A stretch of DNA of 64,000 bases from Centroscyllium fabricii. Taxonomy: Eukaryota. Position 1 is the stretch's first letter. Each line of letters starts with the position of its first letter. A program made the translations under genes and the position numbers. The notes under the pieces were generated by a model that made no database searches, was not told the DNA's origin, and saw only the letters and a list, made by a program, of their open reading frames with translations. Shown here in pieces: positions 37,483-48,889 of this stretch. The stretch is from NCBI GenBank assembly GCA_051313645.2, contig JBNRSN020000001.1, positions 389,360,001 through 389,424,000 of the forward strand, given 5' to 3'.

Positions 37483-39063
37483 TCCTCATTCAGGTTAGTC
37501 TCATCACTCTACACTGGGACTGTGGAACTCAACGAGAATTGTCTGATCACTCTACACTTGGACTGTGGTACGCAACGACGTTAGTCCATCACTCTAAACG
37601 GCGACTGTGATACTCACCCAGGTTAGTCCCTTCACTCTACACTGGGAAGGAGGTACTCATCCAGGTTAATCACATCACTCTACACTGGGACTGTGGAATT
37701 CACTGAGATTAGTCTCATCACTCTACACTGGGACTGTGGTACTCATTCAGGTTAGTACCATCACTCGACTATGGGACTGTGTTACTCATCCAGGTTAATC
37801 TCATCAATCTACACTGGGACTGTGCTTCTCATTCAGGTAAGTCACATCACTTTACACTGGGACTGTAGTTCTCACCCAGGTTAGTCCCATCACCCTACAC
37901 TGGGACTGTGGTACACAGCCAGGTTAGTCCCATCACGCTACACTGGGACTGTGGTACTCACCCAGGGTAGTCCCCTCATTCTACACTGGGACAGTGGTAC
38001 TCACTCAGGTTAATCGCCTCACTCCACACTGGGACTGTGGTACTCATCCAGGTTTGTCTCATCACACTACACTGAGACTGTGGTACTCGCCCAGCTTAAT
38101 CCCCTCACTCTACACTGGGATTATGGTACTTACCCAGGTTAGTCCCCTCACTCTACACTAGCACACAGTGGTACTCACCCAGGTTAATCCCATCACACCA
38201 CACTGGGACTGTGTTACTCACCCAGGTTAGTCTCATCACTCTACACTGGGATTGTGGTCCTCATCCAGGTTAGTCTACACTGGGACTGTGGTGCTCACTC
38301 AGGTTAATCCCCTCTCTCTACACTGAGACTGTGGTATTCATCCAGTGTGAGCCTCATCACTGCACACTGGGACTGTGGTACTCACCCAGCTTAGTCTCAT
38401 TACTCTACACTGGGATTTTGGTTCTCATCCAGGTAAGCCTCATCACTGTACACTGGGACTGCGGTACACAACCAGTTTAGTCTTATCACTCTACACTGGT
38501 AATGCGGTACTCATCCAGGTTAGTCTCATCACTCTACACTGGGACTGTGGTACTCACCCAGGTTAGTCTCATCACTCTGCACTGGGACTATGGTACTCAG
38601 TAAGGTCAGTCTCATCAATCTACACTGGGACTGTGGCTCACACCCAGGTTAGTCCCCTCACTCTACACAGGGACTGTGGTACTCATCGAGGTTAGTCCCC
38701 AGAATTTACACTGGGACGGTGGTACTCACCCAGGTTAGTCCCATCACTCTACACTGGGACTGTGGTACTCACCCAGGTTAGTCCCCTCACTCTACACTGG
38801 GACTTTGTTTCTCACCCTGGTTAATCCCTTCACTCTACACTGGGATTGTGGTACTCACCCAGGTTAGTCCCCTCACTCTACACTGGTACTGTGCTACTCA
38901 ACCAGGTTAATCCTATCACTCTACACTTGGACTCATCCAGGTTAATCCTATCACTCTACACTTGGACTCATCCAGGTTAATACTATCACTCCACACTGAG
39001 ATTGTGGTTCTCACCCAGCATAACCTCATCACTCTACACTGGGACAGTGATACTCACCCAGGT

Positions 39064-41391
39064 TAAGAACATAAGAACATAATAAGGGAACAGCTATAAT
39101 TATGGGGGATTTTATTTTTCATATTAACTGGACAAGTCAAATTGGGTAGGGCAGCCTTGAGGAAGAGTTCAATGAGTATATTAGGGATGTGTTCCTTGAG
39201 CAGTATGTAACTGAGCCGACTAGGGGGAAGGCAATCTTAGATCTGGTCCTGTATAATGAGACCGGATTAACAAAAAATGTCCTAGGAAAGGATCCCCTTA
39301 AAATGAGTGACCATAACACGGTTGAATTCCAAATTCAATTAGATGGTGAGAGGGTTGGATCTCAAACAAGCGTACTGAGCTTAAATAAAGGAGACTATGA
39401 AGGCATGAGAGCGGAATTGATTAGAGTGGACTGGGAAAATAGATTAAAGGGTAAGATGTTACATGATCAGTGGTGTATTTTCAAGGAGTTATTTTACAAC
39501 TTTCAAGAAAAATATATTCCACTGAGGAAAAAAGGGTGTAAAAGAAAAGACAGCCATCCGTGGCTAAGTAAAGTAATAAAGGATAGTATCCGTCCAAAAA
39601 GAAGGGCTTATAAGGTAGCCAAATCTAGTGGGAGGATAGAAGATTAGGAAGCATTTAAAAGACAGCAAAAAATAACTAAAAGATTGATTATGAAAAGGAA
39701 GATAGATTATGAAATTAAATTAGCAAAAAATATATAAACAGATAGTAAAAGTTTCTATATTTCCATAAAAATAAAAAGGGTGGCTAAAGTAAATGTTAAT
39801 CCCTTAGAGGATGAGACCAAGGAATTAATGGTGGGGATCATGGAGATGGCAAAAACGCTGAACAAATATTTTGCATCAGTCTTTACAGTAGAGCACACTA
39901 AGAATATCCCAACATTGGACAAACAGGAGGCTTGGGAGGGGAGGAGCTAAATACAATTAAAATCACTAAGGAAGTGGTTCTCAGTAACATAATGGGACTT
40001 AAGGCGGATAAATTCCCTGGACCTGATGGCTTACATCCAAGGGTCTTGAGGGAAATGGTGGTAGGGATTGTGGATGCACTGGTAATAATTTTCCAAAACT
40101 CCCTGGACTCAGCAAAGGTCCCGGCAGATTGAAAAACTCTTTACAATCTACATTAACGATTTGGAGGAAATGACCAAGTGCAACATATAAAAGTTTGCAG
40201 ACGGTACAAAGATGGGAGGGAAAGTGGCGAGTGAGGAGGATACTAAAAACCTGCAAAAGGACATAGATAGCCTAAGTGAGTGGGCAGAGATTTGGCAGAT
40301 GGAATATAATACTGCAAAGTGTGAGGTTATGCACTTTGGCAGGAAAAATCATAGAGCAAGTTATTATCTTAATGGAAAGAAACTGGAAAGTATAACAGTA
40401 CAGAGGGATCTGGGGGTCCTGGTGCACAAAACACAAAAAGTTAGTATGTATGTGCAGCAGGTGATAAGGAAGGCCAATGGTATGTTGGCTTTTATTGCTA
40501 AGGGGATGGAGTATAAAAACAGGGAGGTCTTGCTGCAGTTGTACAGGGTATTGGTGAGACCACACCTGGAATACTGCGTGCAGTTTTGGTGTCCATATTT
40601 AAGAAAAGACATACTTGCTCTCGAGGCAGTACAAAAAAGGTTCACTCGGTTAATCCCAGGGATGAGGGGGTTGACATACGAGGAGAGGTTGAGTAGATTG
40701 GGCCTCTACTCGGAGTTCAGAAGAACGTGAGGCGATCTTATTGAAACATATAAGGTTGTGAAGGGGCTTGATCGGGTGGATGCGGTGAGGATGTTCCCAA
40801 TAGTAGGTGAAACTAGAACTAGGGGGCATAATTTTAGAATAAGGGGCTAGTCTTTCAGAACTGAGATGAGGAGAAACCTCTTCACTCAGAGGGTGGTAGG
40901 TCTGTGTAATTTGCTGCCCCAGATAGCTGTATAAGCTGCAACATTAAATAAATTTAAAACAGAGATAGACAGTTTCCTCGAAGTAAAGGGAATTAGGGGT
41001 TACGGTGAGAGGGCAGGTAGGTGGACGTGAGTCTAGGTTCGGATCGGCCATGGTCCTGTGGGTGGCGCAGCAGGCCCAGGGGCCATGTGGTCTGGCCACC
41101 TCTTACAGAAGGTAGGTTCTGCAGGAAATTTGGAGCAAGAGTGATCTCCTGGACGAGTTTTGATCGCCTAGATGAGTCAGAGAGGAATTTCCCAGATTCT
41201 TTCTCCTGAATTGGCCATTGGGTTTTTATCTGGTTTTTCGCCTCTCCCGGGAGATCACATGGGTTAGGGTGGGATGGAGAGTGAAAGTAGATTTGAGGTT
41301 AGGATCAGATCAGCCATGATCTTATTGAATGGCGGAGCGGGATCGAGGGGCCGATTGGCCTACTCCTGCTCCTATTTCTTATGTTCTTATG
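39064..41391 (+). mobile_element. CR1 LINE ORF2 fragment with internal RT deletion and extended 3' UTR
   Basis: IMGDF, ILDLVL, SDHN (endonuclease); PGPDGLHPRVL; jump at ~40138 to LFTIYIND; RPHLEYCVQFW; tail CCTATTTCTTATGTTCTTATG. Confidence 0.93.
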
Positions 41392-42711
41392 GAACTGTGG
41401 TATTCACCTAGGTTATTCCCGTTACACTACACTGGGACTGTGGTACTCACCCAGATTAATCCCATCACTCTACACTGGGATTGTGGTACTCACTCAGGTT
41501 AGTTCCATCAATCTACACTAGGATTGTGCTAATCACCCTGGTTAGTCTCATCACTCTATACTGGGACTGTGGTACCCACCCAGGTTAATCTCATCAATCT
41601 ACACTGGGACTGTGGTACCCACCCAGGTTAATCCCATCAATCTACACTGGGACTGTGGTACTCAACAAGGTTATTTCCATCACTCGACACTGAGACTGGG
41701 ATCGTCAATGAGGTTAGTCCCATCACTCTACAGTGGGACTGTGGCACTCACCCGGGTTAGTCCCCTCACTCTACACTGGGACTGCGGTACTCACCCAGGT
41801 TAGTCCCCTCACTCTACACTGGGACTCTGGTAGTCACCCAGGTTAGTCCCTTCACTCCACACTGGGACTGTGGTATGCATCCAGGTTAGTCCCCTCACTC
41901 TACACTGGGATTGTGGTGCCCACTCAGGTTAATTCTATCACTCCACACTGAGACTGTGGTACTCACCTAGGTTAATCCATTTACTCTACACTGGGACTGT
42001 GGTACTCGCCAAATTAGTCTCATCAATCTACACTGGGACTGTGGCACGCATCATGGTTAGTGCCCTCACTCAACACTGGGTCTGTGGTACTCAACGAGGT
42101 TATTTCCATCACTCCACACTGGGACTGTGGTACTCCACCAGATTATTCCCGTCACTGTACACTGGGATTGTGGTCCTCACCAAGATTAATCCCCTCACTC
42201 TACACTGGGAATGTGGTACTCAACAAGGTTAGTCTCCTCACTTTACACTGGGATTCTGGTAGTCACCCAGGTTGATCCTATCACTCCACTCTGGGGCTGT
42301 GGTACACATCCAGGTTAATAATATTACTCTTCACAGGGACTGTGGCACTCAACAAGGTTAGTCTCCTCACTCTACACTGGGACTCTGGTAGTCACCCAGG
42401 TTAATTCCCTCACTCTACACTGGGACTGTGGTACTCACCTAGGTTAATCCATTTACTCTACACTGGGACTGTGGTACTCACCAAGTTAGTGTCATCAATC
42501 TACACTGGGACTGTGGCACTCATCATGGTTAGTGCTCTCATTCAACACTGGGTCTGTGGTACTCACCAAGATTAATCCCCTCACTCTACACTGGGACTGT
42601 GGTACTCAACGAGGTTAGTTCCATCACTCTACACTGGGAGTGTGGTAATCAATCAGGTTATTCCCGTTACTCTACACTGGGACTGTGGTACTCATCCAGG
42701 TTATTCCATTA

Positions 42712-43020
42712 GCCCTGTTCCTGGGACTAGGGACAGGGTCACTGGCAAGGCTTGGAAGCTAAGCAGAGCCAGGCCTGGTTAGTACTTGGATGGGTGACCA
42801 CCAGGGAATACCAGGTGCAGAAGGTCACGAAAGGAGCCCCGGGGAGGGGCGGTTGGCTGAAGATTGTCGGAAGGATGGAAAGATGGAATGGCGGCGCGCA
42901 CAGACGCAGTGGCTTTGCTGGACTCTTGGGAGCTTGCAAGATCACATTTTGTTGTTCATGTACTTGTACATTGTATAATGACAATAAAGTTGAATTATTA
43001 TTATTATTATTATTATTATT
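42712..43020 (+). mobile_element. 5S rRNA-derived (SINE3-like) retroposon with (TTA)n tail
   Basis: GGAAGCTAAGCAGAGCCAGGCCTGGTTAGTACTTGGATGGGTGACCACCAGGGAATACCAGGTGC matches the 5S internal control region; ends CAATAAAGTTGAA(TTA)n. Confidence 0.8.
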
Positions 43021-43886
43021 ACACTAAACTGGGACTGTGGTACTCACATTGGTTAATTTCATCACTCTACACTGGGTCTGTGGTACTCAACGAGGTTAGT
43101 CTCATCACTCGACACTGGGACTGTGGTACTGACCCAGGTTAATCACATCACTCCACACTGGGACAGTGGTGTGCACTCAGGTTAGTCCCCTCATCTACAC
43201 TGGGATGGTGGTACTCATCCAATGTATTCTCGTCACTCTACACTGGGACTGTGGTACGCACATAAGTTAGTCTCATCACTTTACACTGGGAATGTGGTCC
43301 TCATCAAGGTTAGTCCCCTCACTCTACACTGCGAATGTGATACTCATCTAGGTTAGTCCCATCACTCTACACTGGGACTGTGGTACTCACTCAGGTTAGT
43401 CCCATCACTCGACACTGGGACTGTGGTACTCTTCCAGGTTAGTCTGCTCATTCTACACTGGGACTGTAGTACTTGCCCATGTTAATCCCATCACTCGACA
43501 CTGGAACTGTGCTACTCACCCAGGTTAATCCCTTACTACACACTGGGACTGTGGTACTCATCCATGTTAATCACCTCACTCTTCAGTGGGACTGTGGTAC
43601 TCACCCAACTTACTCACATCAGTCTACACTGGGGCTGTGGTACTCACTCAGGTTAATCCCATCACTCTACACTGAGAGTGTGGCACTCACCTAGGTTAGT
43701 CCTATCACTCTACATTGGGACTGTGGTACTCAACGTGTTTAGTCCCATCACTCGACACTGGGACTGTCGTACTCACCCAGGTTAGTCCCATCAATCTACA
43801 CTGGGTCGGTGGTACTCATCAGGTTAATCCCCTCATTCTACATTGGGACTTTGGTACTCATGCAAGGTAATCTCATCACTCTACAC

Positions 43887-44390
43887 AGCAAACTGAGAAA
43901 AACCCTGACAATGTACAGACTTAGTGAGCACAGCCTAGCCAGCGAAAAAGGCAGACACAGACAGACTTGGCTGCCCAGAGCGGAAAGGCTGTGCTCCCAC
44001 TGCAGTCAGTGAGTGGTGGAGACAGAGCTGCATTTCCTCACAACTTGTGAAAACTATCAGGGCATAAGGGGGAATCTCTACCCAAAATTTGTAAAAACAT
44101 GCCCTGAATTCAAAAATTTGAATAACCACCAAAACTTCCCATATTGGGGGAACTGTATAAAATTAGCAGCAAACTACATCACAGCTTGCCAAAAGCAGAG
44201 GGACAACCAGTGACCACTGAAGCTACGAAGCGTATATGAGATTTACATGTGGGTATATATGTATATGTTTGCATAGTTATCCTTTCACTGTATGTCTAGT
44301 TCTGCATTTGTATATGTCCTTTTTCTGTGCTTTGGCAACATAAGATGTATCTTGTCATGCCAATAAAGCAATTTGAATTGAATTGAATTG
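43887..44390 (+). mobile_element. Non-LTR retrotransposon 3' fragment, RTE-X-like
   Basis: YRLSEHSLASEKGRH..ERLCSHC..ETELHFLTTC C-terminal zinc knuckle; CAATAAAGCAATTT(GAATT)n tail. Confidence 0.75.
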
Positions 44391-44566
44391 ACTGTGGTAC
44401 TCCCCCAGGTTAGTCTCATCATCCTGAACTTGGACAGTGGTACTCATCCAGGTTACTTCCCTCACTCTGCACTGGGACTGTGGCACTCACCCAGGTTAAT
44501 GCCCTCACACTATACTGGGACTGTGGCACTCACCCACATTAGTCTCATCACTCTACACTGGGACTG

Positions 44567-44705
44567 CTGACCACATTACCACCGCCTGTCCCCTGCATAG
44601 ACCACCTTCGGAGGAGGGCCTCTTCCGAGTGGGACCTGAGACGAGGGTGTGGCTGCACGACACGGAGCTGGACATATGAAAAATGACGATACACGAAAGA
44701 AGAAG
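44567..44705 (+). mobile_element. Vingi/ingi-like LINE extreme 3' fragment
   Basis: Encodes ADHITTACPLHRPP..TRVWLHDTELDI*; ends ACGAAAGAAGAAG; 12-bp TSD ACACTGGGACTG at 44555 and 44706. Confidence 0.7.
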
Positions 44706-45366
44706 ACACTGGGACTGTGGTACTCACCCAGGATAATCCCCTCACGCTATACTGGGACTGTGGTACTCACCCAGGTTAGTCTCATCACTCTACACTTGGA
44801 CTGTGGTACTCAACGATGTTAGTCTAATCACTCTACACTGGGACTGAGGTACTCACCCAGGTTAGTCTCATCACTCTATACTGGGGCTGTTGTACTCATC
44901 CAGATTAATCCCATCACTCTACACTGGGACTGAGGTACTCACCCAGGTTAATCCCCTCACTCTACACTGGGACTGTTGTACTCACCCTGGTTAGTCTCAT
45001 CACTTTACACTGGGACTGTGGTACTCACCCAGGTTAATCCCTTCACTCTACACTGGGACTGTGGTACTCAACGATGTTAGTCCCATCACTCTACGCTGGG
45101 ACTGTAGTATGCACTCAGCTTAATCCCCTCACTCTACACTGGGACTGTGGTACTCAATGAGTTTATTCCCATCACTCTACACTGGGACTGTGATACTCAA
45201 TAAGGTTCGTCCCCTCACTCCACACTGGGACTGTAGTACTCATCCAGATTAATCCCATCACTCTACACTGGGACTGTGGTACTCAACGATGTTAGTCCCA
45301 TCACTCTACACTGGGACTGTGGTACTCAATGAGGTTAGTCTAATCACTCTACACTGGGACTGAGGT

Positions 45367-48322
45367 TGTAACGGCGCTACCCAGGGGAGCCACTGGCGCT
45401 CCCTCTCTCAGGCATAATCCCCATGCAACGGGCGGTCCCGCCCACGCAGTCCGATTGAACAACCGGTTTGCCAGCCTCAGTCCCTCAGTGGCCTAAGGAA
45501 CTGCCACTCAGGTCGACTCAGGTGCCCCAGAGTGCTTTGCGGATTCACGGGCTTTTTCGAACAGTTTGTACTGCTGAACCATGTAATAAAGACGTGTCGA
45601 ACCTGTGCTCCCGCACCCCGCGTCTTTTTACTTCGAAACGCGAGTAGGAAGTCTGCCGACTCCAACAATTGGTGACCCCTGATGTCGGTTTCCAACCAAG
45701 CTGACTCGAACATGCAACCTAACGCCGGCCGCCGAACCACCCTGCATCCTCAGGCTCCCTGCCTTCTGGGAACACCAGGCAGCTGCATGGTTCCTCCAGG
45801 CAGAGGCCCAATTCGATCTCAGACGCCTCAGCAGCGATGCCGATTGCTACCTCCTCGTTGTGGCCGCACTGCCCAGCCATGTAGCAACGGACATTGTGGA
45901 TCTCCTGTGGCAGCTGCCGCAGGCCAACAGGTACGGGGCCCTCAAAGCACACCTGCTCCAGGCCCATGACCTGCCCGAGGACATGCAGGCCCGGCAGCTC
46001 CTTGACCACCCGGGGCTCGGGGACTCTACCCCCACACGCCTCATGAGCAGGATGCTGGCCCTCCTCGGCGACCACAGAGACTTCCCCCTGTTCCGTGCCT
46101 TCTTATTCATCAGCCTGCTGCCGCAGTCGATTCAAACGGCCCTGGCAAACTCGGAGAGCCACTCCTACGCTGACCTGGCGGTTTGCGGCAGACCGCATCC
46201 AGCTCTGTGGGACCGCGGATTGTGCAGCCACACAGCTCTCTCCTCCCACGCGCAGGCCCACGCCACAACCGTAGGCGGGCCTGTGTTATTACCACGCGCA
46301 GTTCGGTCCCCAGGCCCAGTGCTGCAGGCCGCCATGCACGTTCGCGCCCACGCAGGCCGCCGCAGCGCCACGCCGCCGATAGGGCCCAGCCGCTGCCAAT
46401 GCTGTCGGTTCAGCAGGGAAGCTGCTTATCGTCATGGACTCCCTTTCGGGGCACTGATTCCTCTGCGATACTGGCGCCCAGTGCAGCATCCTGCCAGCCA
46501 CACACCTCAATCGCCAAGCCGGCCCCACAGGCCCACCCCTCGTGGCAGTCAACGGCGCCGCCATTACCACGTTTGGTAAGCGCCGGGCGGAGATCTGCGT
46601 CGGGGGTCAGCGCTTCACGTGGGACTTCGTTACGGCCACTGTAGACCAGCCGATCCTCGGCGCGGACTTTCTATGCGCCCACAGCCTCCTCATAGACGTC
46701 CGGGGCAGGCGACACATGGACGCTTCCACCTTCGCCTCCTTGCCCTGCCAGCGGAGCAACAGCACGGCCCTGGTGAGCTCCTGCGCCTCACCCCCCCGCA
46801 ACCAATTCGCCAAGCTTCTCGCCGAGTTCCCCACACTCACACAGCCCACCTTCTTGGCTGTGGAGGCTAAGCATGGCGTGCAGCATCACATCTGCACCAC
46901 GGGCCTGCCAGTCTTCACCCGCGCCAGGCGACTGGACCCCACAAAAATGGCGGCGGCCAAGGAGCTGTTCTCAGCCATGGAGAAGCTCGGCATCATCCGC
47001 CCATCCAACAGCCCATGGTCATCGCCGCTCCACATCGTCCCCAAGCCTGGCGGCGGCTGGAGGCCATGCGGGGACTACAGACGCCTCAACGACGCCACAA
47101 CACCAGTCCGGTACCCGGTACCGCACATACAGGACTTTTCGGCCAACCTGGCAGGGAAGTCGATCTTCTCCAAGGTCGACCTCGTCCGGGGCTATCACCA
47201 GGTCCCAGTGCACCCCGATGACATCCCGAAGACGGCAGTGATCACCCACTTTGGACTATACGAATTCCTGCGCATGCCGTTCGTCCTAAAGATCGCGGCG
47301 CAGGCATTCCAACAGCTCATGGACTCAGTCCTCCGGGACTTGGACTTCCTATATGTGTACCTGGACAATATTCTGGTTGCGAGCACGGACAAAGCGCAGC
47401 ATGTTGTTCATTTACGCGCTCTGTTTCAATGGTTGTCGCTGCACGGCCTGATTATCAACCCGGTGAAGTGCCAGTTCGGCCTCACCGAGGTCGATTTTCT
47501 AGGCCACCGCATTTCGGCAGCTTGCGCCATGCCGCTGCCAGCCAAGGTCCAGGCGGTCACGGACTTCCCGGACACCTCCGTGCCCCAACCCAGGCCCCTG
47601 GTCCCCGCCTCGTGGCGCAGGCAGCTTTTCGACCTCATCCACGGCCTCTCCCACCCGGGCATGCGGGTTTCCCAGAAGCTCATGTCCACCAAGTTTGTCT
47701 GGCCCGGCCTGCACAAGGACGTGCATGATTGGTCCAACACTTGCCCCAATTGCCAACGGGTCAAAGTGCACCTCCACACTAAGGCCCCCCTCCAACACTT
47801 CCCGGTCCCCGAACGCCGGTTCGACCACGTCCACGTGGATTTGGTCGGCCCCTTGCCCCCCTCACAGGGTTTCACACACCTCCTCACCATGGTGGAACGC
47901 ACCACCAGGTGGCCCGAGGTCATTCCCCTGTCCTCCCGCGCTACCACACGCGCTCCAGCCGCCTGGTCCGACCTCCCCGCAGGTTGACCTTCCATGTGCA
48001 TGAGGATTCTGGGGGGGCGTATGTAGCGGCGCTACCCAGGGGAGCCACCGGGGCTCCCCCTCTCAGGCATAATCCCCATGCAACGGGCGGTCCCACCCAC
48101 ACAGTCCGATTGGACAACCGGTTTGCCAGCCTCAGTCCCTCAGTGGCCTAAGGAACTGCCACTCAGGTCGACTCAAGCGCCCCAGAGTGCTTTGCGGATT
48201 TGCGGGCTTTTTCGAACAGTTTGTACTGCTGAACCATGTAATAAAGACATGTTGAACCTGTGCTCCCGCACCCCGCGTCTTTTTACTTCGAAACGCGAGT
48301 AGGAAGTCTGCCGACTCCTACA
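45367..48322 (+). mobile_element. Internally deleted CsRn1-like Ty3/Gypsy element (A)
   Basis: 301-bp LTRs 45367-45667 and 48022-48322; TSD AGGT; PBS TGGTGACCCC (tRNA-Trp type); PPT CTGGGGGGG; gag CHCC finger CYYHAQFG..C..PPC. Confidence 0.95.
45712..47987 (+). pseudogene. Frameshifted gag and pro-RT-partial integrase of element A; RNase H absent
   Basis: CDTGA protease, [14 protein letters not shown] (mutated YxDD); jump from AVTDFP to DTSVPQPRP; integrase stops after WPEVIPL. Confidence 0.85.
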
Positions 48323-48889
48323 AGGTCCTCACCCAGGTTATTCCCATCACTCCACACTGGGATTGTGGTACTCACCCAGGTTAGTCTAATCACTCTACAC
48401 TGGGACTGTGGTACTCATCCAGTTTAGTCTCATCATTCTACACTGGGACTGTTGTATTCACCCTGGTTAATCCTATCGCTCCACACTGGAACTGTGGTAC
48501 TCACCCAGGTTAGTCACCTCACTCTACACTGGGACTGTGGTACTAACTGACGTATCGTCAATACCTTCGATTAAAAGAGTCGACGAGTAGTTACCGAAAC
48601 GAAAGGCTTTTAATTGCTAAGAATGGAGCTACCCTCCGGAACGAACTTCAGTACAGGAATGAAGGAGCCTCGGTCAGATCTCACCTATAACGGGCCACAC
48701 CTGGGGGAGGAGTTGGAGGTGTGGCTGACCTGGCTCCCAACAGTGTCACAGTATACAGGGCTGTGCCTAACATCTGCACAGCCCATTATTAGCCATAATG
48801 ATACAGTGGTAGAACAGACATAAAAGGGTTACCACATTCACCCCTTCTTAAAAACTTTGAGTCCGGGGGGGGTGAATGGGTCGAACAGT

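Noticed and set aside
42750-42825. 5S rRNA gene
   Set aside because: 5' third missing, diverged, no T-run terminator, continues into a body and retroposon tail
34504-44570. Many short ORFs such as MVLTQVSL..LHWDCGTHPG
   Set aside because: Artefacts of translating a 43-bp repeat that cycles through frames
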